Source: Myxococcota bacterium
Lineage (GTDB): Bacteria; Myxococcota_A; UBA9160; SZUA-336
Assembly (NCBI GenBank): GCA_965247115.1
Contig: CBDFGR010000002.1
Coordinates: forward strand, 1,088,001 to 1,152,000
DNA: 64,000 nucleotides
Direction of reading: 5' to 3'
A program made the position numbers and the translations under genes. Of this stretch, positions 45,556 through 54,539 are shown in pieces. The notes under the pieces are model-generated. The model searched no databases and was not told where the DNA came from. It saw only the letters and a program-made list of their open reading frames with translations. How positions within the stretch are numbered: the stretch's first letter is position 1; the number at the start of each line of letters is the position of its first letter.

Positions 45556-46723
45556 CTCCGCCTCGCTCTGCCCTCTCCGCAGCCTCGAGGATGCTCCGCG
45601 CGCCGACACTTCCACTCGTTCCGAGGTTGTAGACGCAGCGATCGCGAATCGCGCGCAGCCTCTCACGCTGACGCTCGGGAGTCGCACAGAGCTCGGCGAT
45701 CCGCTTGCGCGCCTCCGCAACATCGTCGGGAGCAACCACCGACCCGATTTCCGCTCGAATCCCGGCCTCTAGCGGCTCCATCCCCAGTTTCTCCCACCTC
45801 GGGTTGTTCACCTTCCGCGGAGTATCGACGAACAGCACGGGTCGTTCCAGCCCGAACGCGTACTCAAGGGCCGCTCCCGACCAGTCGCTGATCATGATGT
45901 CCGAGGTGTGTAGGGATTCCTGGCCGCTCACATCAGTTTCGACTGTGAGAGATCCGCCTCCTCCAAAGCGTGACCGCAGGCTCGCGGGCAGCTCAGGAAA
46001 CCGGCGAGTTGTCATCGGGTGAAGTCTCACAGTCAGCCTCAGACCCTCTTCCAGGAGTCCCGCGATCCAGTCGTCCGCCCACTCGGACTCGATGAGCGAG
46101 CCTCCTCCCCACGAAGGCGCCATGAGGACGTGAAGTCCTGAGCGGTCGGTTGGATCAGAAGCGGACCGTTTCGCGGCCTGCGCCCGAATCTCGTCGAGCC
46201 GCCCGTACCCGTGCTCGATGAGGCGCCGCTCAGGCAGCCCGTACACGTCCTCGGCTCTCCTGAGCTCCTCGACATGGTGAGGTCCGGCGCAGAGGAGCGT
46301 ATCATAATGATCAAACGCTCCTTCCCTGTAGATCATGTGCGTACTCACGAGCGAATGGAAGACGTATATGTAGTGGACGGGGTGAGAAGAGCGTTTCAGA
46401 TGAAAGCGGTCGAGATCGGGGAGCGTCATCACGAGCACCGAAGCCTTGAGCCCGCGAAACAGGATCGTCCGGATCGACCCTGAACCGATGCAGAAGGCCC
46501 GGACGTTCGGATGCCCGGCCCGGAAGATGGGATCGTCGGCCTCCGAGGTCAGATAGCAGATGGCATGGCCGCGCTGGCAGAGCTCGGAGATGATCGGTTG
46601 AAAGTGTGGCCAGTCGTGAAGACCTTCGGCATAGAACACGATGCGTCGCGCGTCCCTGGGCAGGGCCGAGAAGCGCCGCAGCTCGGACCATTCCGCACCA
46701 AGTCGCTTGAGCGCCGTGAACAT
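45548..46723 (-). CDS. CDP-glycerol glycerophosphotransferase (TagF/TagB)-like protein
   Basis: [56 protein letters not shown]. Confidence 0.8.
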   Translation of the reverse strand: MFTALKRLGAEWSELRRFSALPRDARRIVFYAEGLHDWPHFQPIISELCQRGHAICYLTSEADDPIFRAGHPNVRAFCIGSGSIRTILFRGLKASVLVMTLPDLDRFHLKRSSHPVHYIYVFHSLVSTHMIYREGAFDHYDTLLCAGPHHVEELRRAEDVYGLPERRLIEHGYGRLDEIRAQAAKRSASDPTDRSGLHVLMAPSWGGGSLIESEWADDWIAGLLEEGLRLTVRLHPMTTRRFPELPASLRSRFGGGGSLTVETDVSGQESLHTSDIMISDWSGAALEYAFGLERPVLFVDTPRKVNNPRWEKLGMEPLEAGIRAEIGSVVAPDDVAEARKRIAELCATPERQRERLRAIRDRCVYNLGTSGSVGARSILEAAERAERGGDG

Positions 46724-46778
46724 CCAGTCGCTTGTGCCCCGTCGGATCAGGTTTGATCACCGGACGTACCTGAGAAAC

Positions 46779-47030
46779 CTAGTCTGAGTCGTTGGCCGGG
46801 TGAACTTCTCGTCGGGCGTCGTCGCCTGCGGCCTTGCCGCCAAAGACTGCCTTGAGGCGACGCCAGTAGGCCTTTGCCAGGAACGCGGCTGCAGTGATGC
46901 TCGCGATTGCCGCCTGAAGGAGCATGCTGGTAGTTCCAGCATCGATATAGGCGAGCGCATCACGCGGGAAGGCTACGACCAAGACGGCCAGGGGAACGCC
47001 GCTCCAACGAGCAAATCGACGGAGGCTCAC
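46779..47030 (-). CDS. Small membrane protein with AYID(A/P)GT.S motif
   Basis: LAVLVVAFPRDALA-YIDAGTTSMLLQAAIASITAAAFLAKAYWRRLK: signal-like segment, TM helix, basic tail; start uncertain. Confidence 0.65.
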   Translation of the reverse strand: MSLRRFARWSGVPLAVLVVAFPRDALAYIDAGTTSMLLQAAIASITAAAFLAKAYWRRLKAVFGGKAAGDDARREVHPANDSD

Positions 47031-47107
47031 CGGGGTGGGCGGGGGGGATGCGCGCACGAGCCCCATCGTATAGATGCTCCCGAATCGGATCAACTTCGAG
47101 CCTTGCA

Positions 47108-48202
47108 TCAGCTCTTCCAGGCCGGAGGAGTCAGAAGATCGAGCACCCTTGCTCCAGCCAAGCCCGCGATCGCCAGGAGCCTGAGGCCCAGCCTGCGTCC
47201 ACTGCTTGCGACGGCGGCTCGAGAGGCAAACACCTCCGCGCGGTGGCCCAGCATCCATTGCAGGTAGCGCCAACCCAGGCCCCAGTGGACGGGGTTCGTC
47301 ACCAGGACGGTGAGCATCTGACGGCCAAACGGCGAAAAGAGACCTGGGCGGGCTCTGAAGATCGGAGCCACATCTCGGTTTCGAGGCTCCTTTACCGCAC
47401 TCACAAGTGCCTTCAGCACTCGTCTTTGACGCACCGAATCGGACATCCCGGATCCGGAGTAGGTCCCGGGAGTCTCGCGCATCAGCGCTAGCGTCTCGGG
47501 TACCACACACGCTCCGTGACGCAGAGCGAGGATGTAGAAGACGAACCACTCCGAGTGCCATTGGAGCTCTGGGCGAAACGCACCTGCCTCGAGGAGGGCG
47601 CCCCGGCGAGCGAGCACGGTATTCCCCGACATCCACAAATAGCTGGTGGCAAGCCTGCGCTTCAGGGCAGCTGGAGGCAGAAAGCGAGCTTCCTTACCGA
47701 GGTCGAATGCCAGCCCGAGGTCGAATGCCAGCCCTGTGGCCGAGTCGCCCAGATACTCCCGAATGCGCTCCGTTCCATCCTCGAAGACAGCCAGCCGAGA
47801 GAAGCACACTCCCGCCTCCGGATGAGAGCGGAGGATCCTCATGTTGCGCTCCAGGAAGCGGGGGAGAAGCCGGTCGTCAGCAGATGCCCACACCACGAAG
47901 TCCATCGACGCCAGGGTCAGGGCGCGCTCGATGGAGGTCATGAGCCCTCGGTTCCTCTTGTTGCGGACAAGGGTGACGAAGGGAAATCGGCGCACGAATC
48001 CCTCGATCACAGCCACGCTGTCATCGGTGGAGCCGTCGTCCACCACGATGACCTCGTCCGGCTGGAGCGTCTGGCCACAGATCGCTCCCAGGGAGTCGGG
48101 GAGATATCTGGCGTGGTTGTAGTTGCACAAGAGGATCGACACCGTCGGTCGGCCTCGTGGCTCTCTGTGCGCTTCCACGGCCGACCGACTCAGCGGGCCC
48201 AT
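47108..48202 (-). CDS. Glycosyltransferase family 2 (paralog of 31498-32454)
   Basis: SILLCNYNHA, VDDGSTDDS, WASADD, ELQWHSEWF; true start probably slightly downstream. Confidence 0.88.
   Translation of the reverse strand: MGPLSRSAVEAHREPRGRPTVSILLCNYNHARYLPDSLGAICGQTLQPDEVIVVDDGSTDDSVAVIEGFVRRFPFVTLVRNKRNRGLMTSIERALTLASMDFVVWASADDRLLPRFLERNMRILRSHPEAGVCFSRLAVFEDGTERIREYLGDSATGLAFDLGLAFDLGKEARFLPPAALKRRLATSYLWMSGNTVLARRGALLEAGAFRPELQWHSEWFVFYILALRHGACVVPETLALMRETPGTYSGSGMSDSVRQRRVLKALVSAVKEPRNRDVAPIFRARPGLFSPFGRQMLTVLVTNPVHWGLGWRYLQWMLGHRAEVFASRAAVASSGRRLGLRLLAIAGLAGARVLDLLTPPAWKS
47697..47734. repeat. Perfect 18-bp in-frame tandem duplication inside the GT2 gene
   Basis: CCGAGGTCGAATGCCAGC x2, giving GLAFDL-GLAFDL. 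Confidence 0.85.
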
Positions 48203-50805
48203 GCTCGCTCGAAGAAGCCCGGGTTGAGGGCGTCAGATCGCCGCATGACTACCCGCCACGGGGCCGGCAGCTTGTATGCCGAGCGCCTGATCAGCAACCC
48301 GTCGTGAGGGTTCACGTAGCGCCTGCGCTGCTTGATGTAGATCACGCTGCGAGTCTTCGCCGCCATGAGGCCCAGGTAATGGGCAATTTGCTCCCGCCGC
48401 ATCTCGTGCAGGGAGCTGACCGTAGCGCAGGCGTCGAAGTAGCCGTCCGGAAACATCTCGAGCTGGTTGGGGGTGAGAAACGCCAGATCCGCCTGCTCGA
48501 GCTCTTCTGCAACTTCAGCGTAGCTCGAGAACGCGCGAAACTTGAAGATACGACGGTCGCTAAAGAGCCTCGAGAGGTACCACTGCGACACATAGAGCGC
48601 CGGTGGAATGTCGAAGACGACGTATCGGCAGGGGGAGGTCGCAAGGAGCACGTGTCCGAGACGGCCGTACCCTGCCCCCAATTCGGCTATCAAGGTGGGT
48701 CGATCTCGTCCTGGCTCTGACTGAGTGTAGGAAACGTCCAGCGCGTCGACGATGGCGTTCCGCTCTCGCACCGAGTTCGCGAGATCCTGGGAGATCATCC
48801 GCCCATCGCGACGAACGCGGATCGGATTCCCTAACTCAGGCTCCTCCAACTGCGCGAGCACGCCCTCGCGATCGCTCCTGAGCACGTACTCATGAAGCGA
48901 GGCAACGTAGAGTTTGTACAGCTTCAGCCGACGCTCCCGATCGTCCTTGAAGATGTAGTAGTCCTCTACCCACGATAACCACAGCCGCGGGTCGCAATCG
49001 GGATCGTCGATCTCGTAGCGCACGAGTGCGGGCATCCCGCGCCTCAGCCAGAGCCTTACCAGGTTGACGATCTTTGGATCCCAAAGCGACGAAGGAACGA
49101 AGTTGAAATAGGCCTGATTGACCGTTCGCTTGAAGTGGGGCTCGCCACCAAAACCCAGCAGTGTGGTGTGGTCTCGATTCATCACTTCCCAGAACTTCGA
49201 AGGTCGGTAGATCTCGGGCGCCGACTCGAGCTCGCCCCGCATCCGTTCGATCTCCACTCGACCTTCCGCACTCAGTAGGTTCCGCTCCACGCCCCTTCTG
49301 TGCAGATAACGAACGACATCTCCGTGATGACCAGCACTAGCCAAGGAGAGGGCCTCTCCGCCTCGTGCAGCCGCATCCGCCCCGTTCTCATGCAGGTACC
49401 TCACCAGATCCAGGTGCCCAGCGTTCGCGGCTGCGCGTAGCGGTTCATCTTCCGCTTCTCGGATGTCGGCCCCGTGCTGGTACAGCGTCCGCACCGCCTC
49501 CAGGTACCCGCCGCTCGCCGCTGCCCGCAGCGCCGCGCCATGCCCTGCGTTGGCGTCGGCACCGATCTCGAGGAGCTTCCGAAGGCTGTCGAGATCCCCT
49601 GCGCCTGCCGTTCTAATGACAGCGCCCTCGTCGAACGCGCGAGGGTCTCCGCCTCCGAGCCGGATGTATCTGGCGACCTGCGGGTGGCCGCGCGCCTCGA
49701 CTTGACGGAGCAGCTCCGCACCACACGCGCTCAGGTTGGCCCCATTTTCATGGAGATACCGCACGACGCCCATGTGTCCGCCGAGTGCAGCTCCCCGAAG
49801 TGCGGCTTCCCCTCCGGCCCGCAGGTCGCCACCGCTCGCGTGCAGGTACCTCACTACCTCCTGGTGCCCGCTTGCTGCGGCAGCCTGAAGCGCTGCGTCC
49901 GATCCTGCCCGGATGTCCGCGCCGGCCGCGTGCAGATACTCCACTGCTCCCAGGTGGCCGTTCGATGCGGCCGCGCGCAGGGCGCGGCCATCCCCCGCGT
50001 TGGCATCGGCACCGATCTGTACGAGCTGCGCCAGACCCTCCAAGTCTCCCGACCGGGCCAGGGCAACGAGGGCGTCCTCATCGAACGCACGCGGATCGCC
50101 ACCTCCGCGGCTGATGTAGCGCGCTGTCTGGCGATGCCCGTGCTCTTCGATTTGACACAGCAGCTCTGCGTCGCACGCGCCCAGGTCCGCCCCGTTCTCG
50201 TGGAGATATCGCACAACGCCCAAGTGTCCGCCGAGTGCCGCTCCCTGAAGTGCGGCTTCCTCTCCGGCTCGCAGGTCGCCACCGCTCGCGTGCAGATACT
50301 CCACTACCCCCAGGTGGCCGTTCGACGCGGCCGCGCGCAGCGCCTCGTCCCCGCCGGCGTGGATGTCGACTCCGTTCGTGTGCAGATACATCACGACGCT
50401 CACGTGGCCATTGCACGCTGCGCCCTGGAGGGCAGGCTGCCCAGCAGCTCGGATGTTGACTCCGTTTTGATGCAGGTACTCGACCACCTCAAGATGCCCG
50501 CTGGCCGCCCCACCGCGCAGCGCAGAGTCGCCTCCTGCCCGAATGTCCCCGCCAGCACCGTGCACGTATCGCATCACCTCCAGGTGACCTCGGGAAGCCG
50601 CCTCGATGAGCGCAGCGTTATCTCCGGCTTCGACTGCGGCGCCTCGTTGAACCAGGGAGGTGGCGATCTCCAGATTGCCTGCAGCGGCTGCCGCTAGCAG
50701 CGCGTCATTCAGGTCGAGCTGGGAGCAAGTCCCGCTGCTGAGCATGCGATCCACACCAGGGAGATCCCCGGTCGAGGCAGCGGCACACAGCTCGTCGTGT
50801 GTCAT
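48190..50805 (-). CDS. Ankyrin-repeat protein fused to a putative sugar O-methyltransferase (TIGR04371-like)
   Basis: ~500 aa of 30-aa repeats (AL..AA..GHL.VV.YLH..GAD); C-terminal YRPSKFWE, IAELGAGYGRL, VFDIPPALYVSQWYL, SLHEM. Confidence 0.85.
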   Translation of the reverse strand: MTHDELCAAASTGDLPGVDRMLSSGTCSQLDLNDALLAAAAAGNLEIATSLVQRGAAVEAGDNAALIEAASRGHLEVMRYVHGAGGDIRAGGDSALRGGAASGHLEVVEYLHQNGVNIRAAGQPALQGAACNGHVSVVMYLHTNGVDIHAGGDEALRAAASNGHLGVVEYLHASGGDLRAGEEAALQGAALGGHLGVVRYLHENGADLGACDAELLCQIEEHGHRQTARYISRGGGDPRAFDEDALVALARSGDLEGLAQLVQIGADANAGDGRALRAAASNGHLGAVEYLHAAGADIRAGSDAALQAAAASGHQEVVRYLHASGGDLRAGGEAALRGAALGGHMGVVRYLHENGANLSACGAELLRQVEARGHPQVARYIRLGGGDPRAFDEGAVIRTAGAGDLDSLRKLLEIGADANAGHGAALRAAASGGYLEAVRTLYQHGADIREAEDEPLRAAANAGHLDLVRYLHENGADAAARGGEALSLASAGHHGDVVRYLHRRGVERNLLSAEGRVEIERMRGELESAPEIYRPSKFWEVMNRDHTTLLGFGGEPHFKRTVNQAYFNFVPSSLWDPKIVNLVRLWLRRGMPALVRYEIDDPDCDPRLWLSWVEDYYIFKDDRERRLKLYKLYVASLHEYVLRSDREGVLAQLEEPELGNPIRVRRDGRMISQDLANSVRERNAIVDALDVSYTQSEPGRDRPTLIAELGAGYGRLGHVLLATSPCRYVVFDIPPALYVSQWYLSRLFSDRRIFKFRAFSSYAEVAEELEQADLAFLTPNQLEMFPDGYFDACATVSSLHEMRREQIAHYLGLMAAKTRSVIYIKQRRRYVNPHDGLLIRRSAYKLPAPWRVVMRRSDALNPGFFERAWAR

Positions 50806-50830
50806 GAACGCGCTACTAGGCTGCCAGACG

Positions 50831-52024
50831 TCATTCGTAGGCGTTCAGAGTCTGGATGAGCCGATCGATCGTATTGGCCGGCAGCTCAGCGTGGGGCTGG
50901 CTCAGCGACGCAAGGAACTCTTTGTACAGGCGGTATTCTCGTCGTCGGCCACTCGTGGTCGCGGTGGAGACGGTCCGATCTCCTGCCAGTCGAAATCGTC
51001 GAACAAGCTCGTGCATCCGTGTCCCAGGGACGACGCGAGCTCGAGCTGCTCGTACGAGCCGAGCCAGGTGGCTGTTGCTGGGTTGCGAGGCGGCCGCGGC
51101 GAGGCGCGGCCAGTATCCTCGCATGATCTCTCCCCGTTCCTCATCCTTCATCAAGGCACTGACCAGGTAGTTCATGATCTCCGGGGTGATGTACTCGGAC
51201 AGGTACTTCAGGTGGATGAGATCGATCAGCTTCAGAAGCGCTGTCGGGGTAGTCTGATCGGATCCGTACTTGCCGAACGCCCGAAGTAGGATTGCACGAT
51301 ATCTCCCGTAGTCCGCAACCAGCTCCTCTGGCGAGGAGATCATGAATTCGACGGGGTGCCAGTGCTGATACGGCTCCGATGAACCGAGAGAACGCCCGTA
51401 GTAGAGGAGTGGCAACCTCGCGACCTTCCCCGCAACGGCCGTCAACGCACCTGCGAGAAGCTCCCGACCAAGCAGGCTTTGCACTCGTTGTACTTCGCGA
51501 AGAACCTCACGCGCCACATCAGTCCGATAGAGACCGTACGTTACGGCCTCGTATCCATTCATCGTTTCTCGCAGCCGCAGCAGCGGCTCGTCCTGATCAA
51601 AGGAGGGTCTCGAGTACACAATCGAAGTGATGCCGAAGTGAACGTTGTCGTAGAACGAGAAGTACCAACCGTGAGCTGCGCTATAGTCAGGACGGGCGTG
51701 GAGAAACTCAAGTAGAGGAGGGAGAGCGTCCAACACGACGACATCGTCGTCTGCGCATATCGAGCAGAACTCCGTCTTGACCTCCTGACATCCGCTCCAG
51801 AACTTCTCCCACGGCATGACCGAGGAGCCGTACGATACGAAACGAACATCCAGATCGATTCTGTCAGCCAGGCTGGAATTCGCCGTCTTGCTCTCATCGC
51901 TTCCCGAATCGAGCACGAGAATTGGGAAGTCGGCCGACTGACGGGCGAGATATTCGAGTAGTCGCGCCAGCTGGGACGTGCGATTGTAAGTGGGGATGAG
52001 GAGGGTGAAGTCCTTCGAGTTCAT
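50831..52024 (-). CDS. GT2-like glycosyltransferase (TIGR00180-type)
   Basis: FTLLIPTYNR, ILVLDSG, ICADDD, YEAVTYGLYR; paralog of 17580-18782. Confidence 0.82.
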   Translation of the reverse strand: MNSKDFTLLIPTYNRTSQLARLLEYLARQSADFPILVLDSGSDESKTANSSLADRIDLDVRFVSYGSSVMPWEKFWSGCQEVKTEFCSICADDDVVVLDALPPLLEFLHARPDYSAAHGWYFSFYDNVHFGITSIVYSRPSFDQDEPLLRLRETMNGYEAVTYGLYRTDVAREVLREVQRVQSLLGRELLAGALTAVAGKVARLPLLYYGRSLGSSEPYQHWHPVEFMISSPEELVADYGRYRAILLRAFGKYGSDQTTPTALLKLIDLIHLKYLSEYITPEIMNYLVSALMKDEERGEIMRGYWPRLAAAASQPSNSHLARLVRAARARVVPGTRMHELVRRFRLAGDRTVSTATTSGRRREYRLYKEFLASLSQPHAELPANTIDRLIQTLNAYE

Positions 52025-52181
52025 CTAGCGCAGTTTATCGCGCGCAAGGGGATTGTAGCTCAGATGAGCCTAAGTAGTTGAAAACAAGGAACTCCCCGGC
52101 GGGGACCCGGGATCTCAGGTTCGCGATATACTCCGACCACGAGCTCATCGCAAGTCCCAGCTCGGCCCCCAGTAGATCCCA

Positions 52182-53807
52182 ATGAACCGACTCATCAGGT
52201 CCGCAGCATTAACGCTCCCTCCTATCCGCCGCCTCGTCGACGGACTAGACGAGGTCTCGCAGGAGCGCGATGTCCTGGCGCAGCATCGGGACATCGTTGC
52301 GCGGAACCTGGAGGCAGCCCTCCGCGAGCGTGACAGGCTCGCACTGGAGTTTGAGGCGCTACGCTCCTGCCTGCCTTCTGCGCCGGAGCTCGACCGGGTT
52401 GCGTGGGACTCCCTTCCAAAGGCGAACTTCGACGAGCTGGGACGGCTCGTAATGGTCGCCGAGAGCTGCGTGGATCGTGAGCGTAGGGACTTCCTGGAGA
52501 GACTCGACATACTCGGAGCGCAGTACGCGGCCGCGAGAGGGCCGTTGTCGATCGACGAGAAAATCAGACTGATCAAGGTCCTGAATCTCCTCGCGATCAA
52601 GTATGAGTACGTGAATCGATTTTCTTATGTCACAGCCCGACCGCTTGGATTTCTCCTGGATGCCAATAACTCGTGCCAGCTGGGATGTGAGGCGTGCATA
52701 CACACTTTTGACTCGGAGTTCGCAAAGAAGTTCTTCAACGTTCCCCGAAAAGGCGTAATGAAGCGCGACGTACACGACCGCATCATGGATGAGGCCGGGA
52801 TCTACAGCTTCCTCGCGTCCTACTACAACAAGAGCGAGTCCCTCCTCAACAAGAACATTCACGAATTCCTACGGGCCGCGAGCAAGCGCCGGATCTACAC
52901 GCGAATCAGCAGCAACCTCTCGTTTCCAAAGCTGGACGCGGACTCCATTGTCCTGTCAGGCTTGAATATGCTGGATGTATCCGTCGACGGGGCGACCCAG
53001 TCGACCTACGAGCAGTATCGCCGCGGCGGAAACATCGACTGGGTTTTCGAGAACGTCCGGCAGCTGGTGGCTGCAAGGAAGCGTCACTCGAGAACGACAC
53101 CTGTAATTCGCTGGAAATTCCTCACGTTTGAACACAATATCCACGAGGCAGAAGAGGCGTTCCGAAGGGCCGTAGATCTCGAGTTCGACGAGATCTCCTT
53201 CAGCATGCCCTACCCGGGACCGACAGTCGTTCCCGCGCCTCATCCAGCCTATACCCCTGACGGCACAGCCACGATTCACACGCTCAACAGGTCTCTTCAA
53301 GAGAGTTGGGTCTTTGAAACAGAGAACGGCGACATCTCCGAGGCGGTCGACGCCGCGCTCTCCGGGAAGTTCGTAGAGAGGTATGACCGGCTCAGGTCGG
53401 CGCACGGGAGCGGATTCGACGAGAGGGCTCCGGGACGAGACCATTGCGACTGGCTGCACTACAACACCGCCTTCGATGCTCATGGCGTCATTCGTCCATG
53501 CTGCGAAGGGGACTACAAGGACCGGGGAGGGTTTGACTTCAGCGATCTTCGCCGCGATGAGGACTTTCTCAATACACCGAGATACGTAGTCGCTCGAAAG
53601 TTCGCCATGGGGGAGCGAGCACTCAGTGGTGGGGCGGACCAGCTCGGCTGTTTCGGGTGCAAATACCGCCCGGGACCGGAGGCGAACCTGGGAGGCGTCG
53701 ATGGGTGGCTTCAGTTCTTTGGAAACAGGATCAGCGAAGATCTGTTGACCAACGATCCCCTCGTTGCCCTGTCCCAGTGGTCCAAGCACAACCATGAAGG
53801 GGTCTAG
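52182..53807 (+). CDS. Radical SAM protein with SPASM-like C-terminus and N-terminal coiled coil
   Basis: CQLGCEAC, SVDGATQSTYEQYRRGG, KFLTFEHN, C..L...G.IRPCC, CFGC. Confidence 0.8.
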   Translation: MNRLIRSAALTLPPIRRLVDGLDEVSQERDVLAQHRDIVARNLEAALRERDRLALEFEALRSCLPSAPELDRVAWDSLPKANFDELGRLVMVAESCVDRERRDFLERLDILGAQYAAARGPLSIDEKIRLIKVLNLLAIKYEYVNRFSYVTARPLGFLLDANNSCQLGCEACIHTFDSEFAKKFFNVPRKGVMKRDVHDRIMDEAGIYSFLASYYNKSESLLNKNIHEFLRAASKRRIYTRISSNLSFPKLDADSIVLSGLNMLDVSVDGATQSTYEQYRRGGNIDWVFENVRQLVAARKRHSRTTPVIRWKFLTFEHNIHEAEEAFRRAVDLEFDEISFSMPYPGPTVVPAPHPAYTPDGTATIHTLNRSLQESWVFETENGDISEAVDAALSGKFVERYDRLRSAHGSGFDERAPGRDHCDWLHYNTAFDAHGVIRPCCEGDYKDRGGFDFSDLRRDEDFLNTPRYVVARKFAMGERALSGGADQLGCFGCKYRPGPEANLGGVDGWLQFFGNRISEDLLTNDPLVALSQWSKHNHEGV

Positions 53808-53834
53808 GGATGAGCTGGCTCACGAAGGGAAGTC

Positions 53835-54536
53835 ATGAACGGACGCTGGGATAAGCTGCAAGTCGACGCCGACGAGATGCTCGCGTACACGACCGTCCCC
53901 CCTGGCGATGGTCCGTTCCCCGGGGTCCTCGTGTGCATACACGCGCCCGGAGTGGACGGGTTCATTCAAGGCATCGCGAGCCGGCTCGCGGATGCTGGGT
54001 TCGCGAGCATCGCGCCCGATCTCTACCACCGCCAGACGGAACCAGAGGAAGATCCACTCAAGCGAATGGCCAAGCTGTGCGACTCCGAGGTGCTCCGCGA
54101 TCTGGACACCGCGAGTGCCTTGCTGCGCAGCCTTCCGCGGGTAAGCTCAGACCGCACTGGAGTGATCGGCTTCTGCATGGGGGGTCGCCTCGCATACCTG
54201 ACCGCCGCGCGGGACGCCGCGCTACGCGCATCCGTGGTCTTCTACGGGGGCAACATCCAGGTCCCCTGGGGGGAGGGAGCGGCGCCCTTTGATCTGACCG
54301 AGCGGATCGCGTGCCCCGTGCTCGGCCTGTTTGGCGAGGACGACACGAATCCCAGTCCGGACGACGTCGCCAAGCTCGACAGTGAGCTCAACCGCTTCGG
54401 GAAGACCCACGAGTTCAAGAGCTATCCTGGCGCGGGTCACGCGTTCATGAACGCGGACCGTCCGAGCTATGTGGCGAAAGCTGCAGAGGACGCCTGGCAG
54501 CGCTGCACGGCCTGGCTGACGCAGTACCTCTCATAG
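53835..54536 (+). CDS. Dienelactone hydrolase family protein
   Basis: APDLYHR, GFCMGG, FYGG, GAGHAF. Confidence 0.92.
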   Translation: MNGRWDKLQVDADEMLAYTTVPPGDGPFPGVLVCIHAPGVDGFIQGIASRLADAGFASIAPDLYHRQTEPEEDPLKRMAKLCDSEVLRDLDTASALLRSLPRVSSDRTGVIGFCMGGRLAYLTAARDAALRASVVFYGGNIQVPWGEGAAPFDLTERIACPVLGLFGEDDTNPSPDDVAKLDSELNRFGKTHEFKSYPGAGHAFMNADRPSYVAKAAEDAWQRCTAWLTQYLS

Positions 54537-54539
54537 CGC

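Noticed and set aside
49290..50805. CRISPR-like or non-coding periodic repeats
   Set aside because: The 90-nt periodicity is explained by in-frame ankyrin coding repeats; no repeat-spacer array or cas genes are seen in the window
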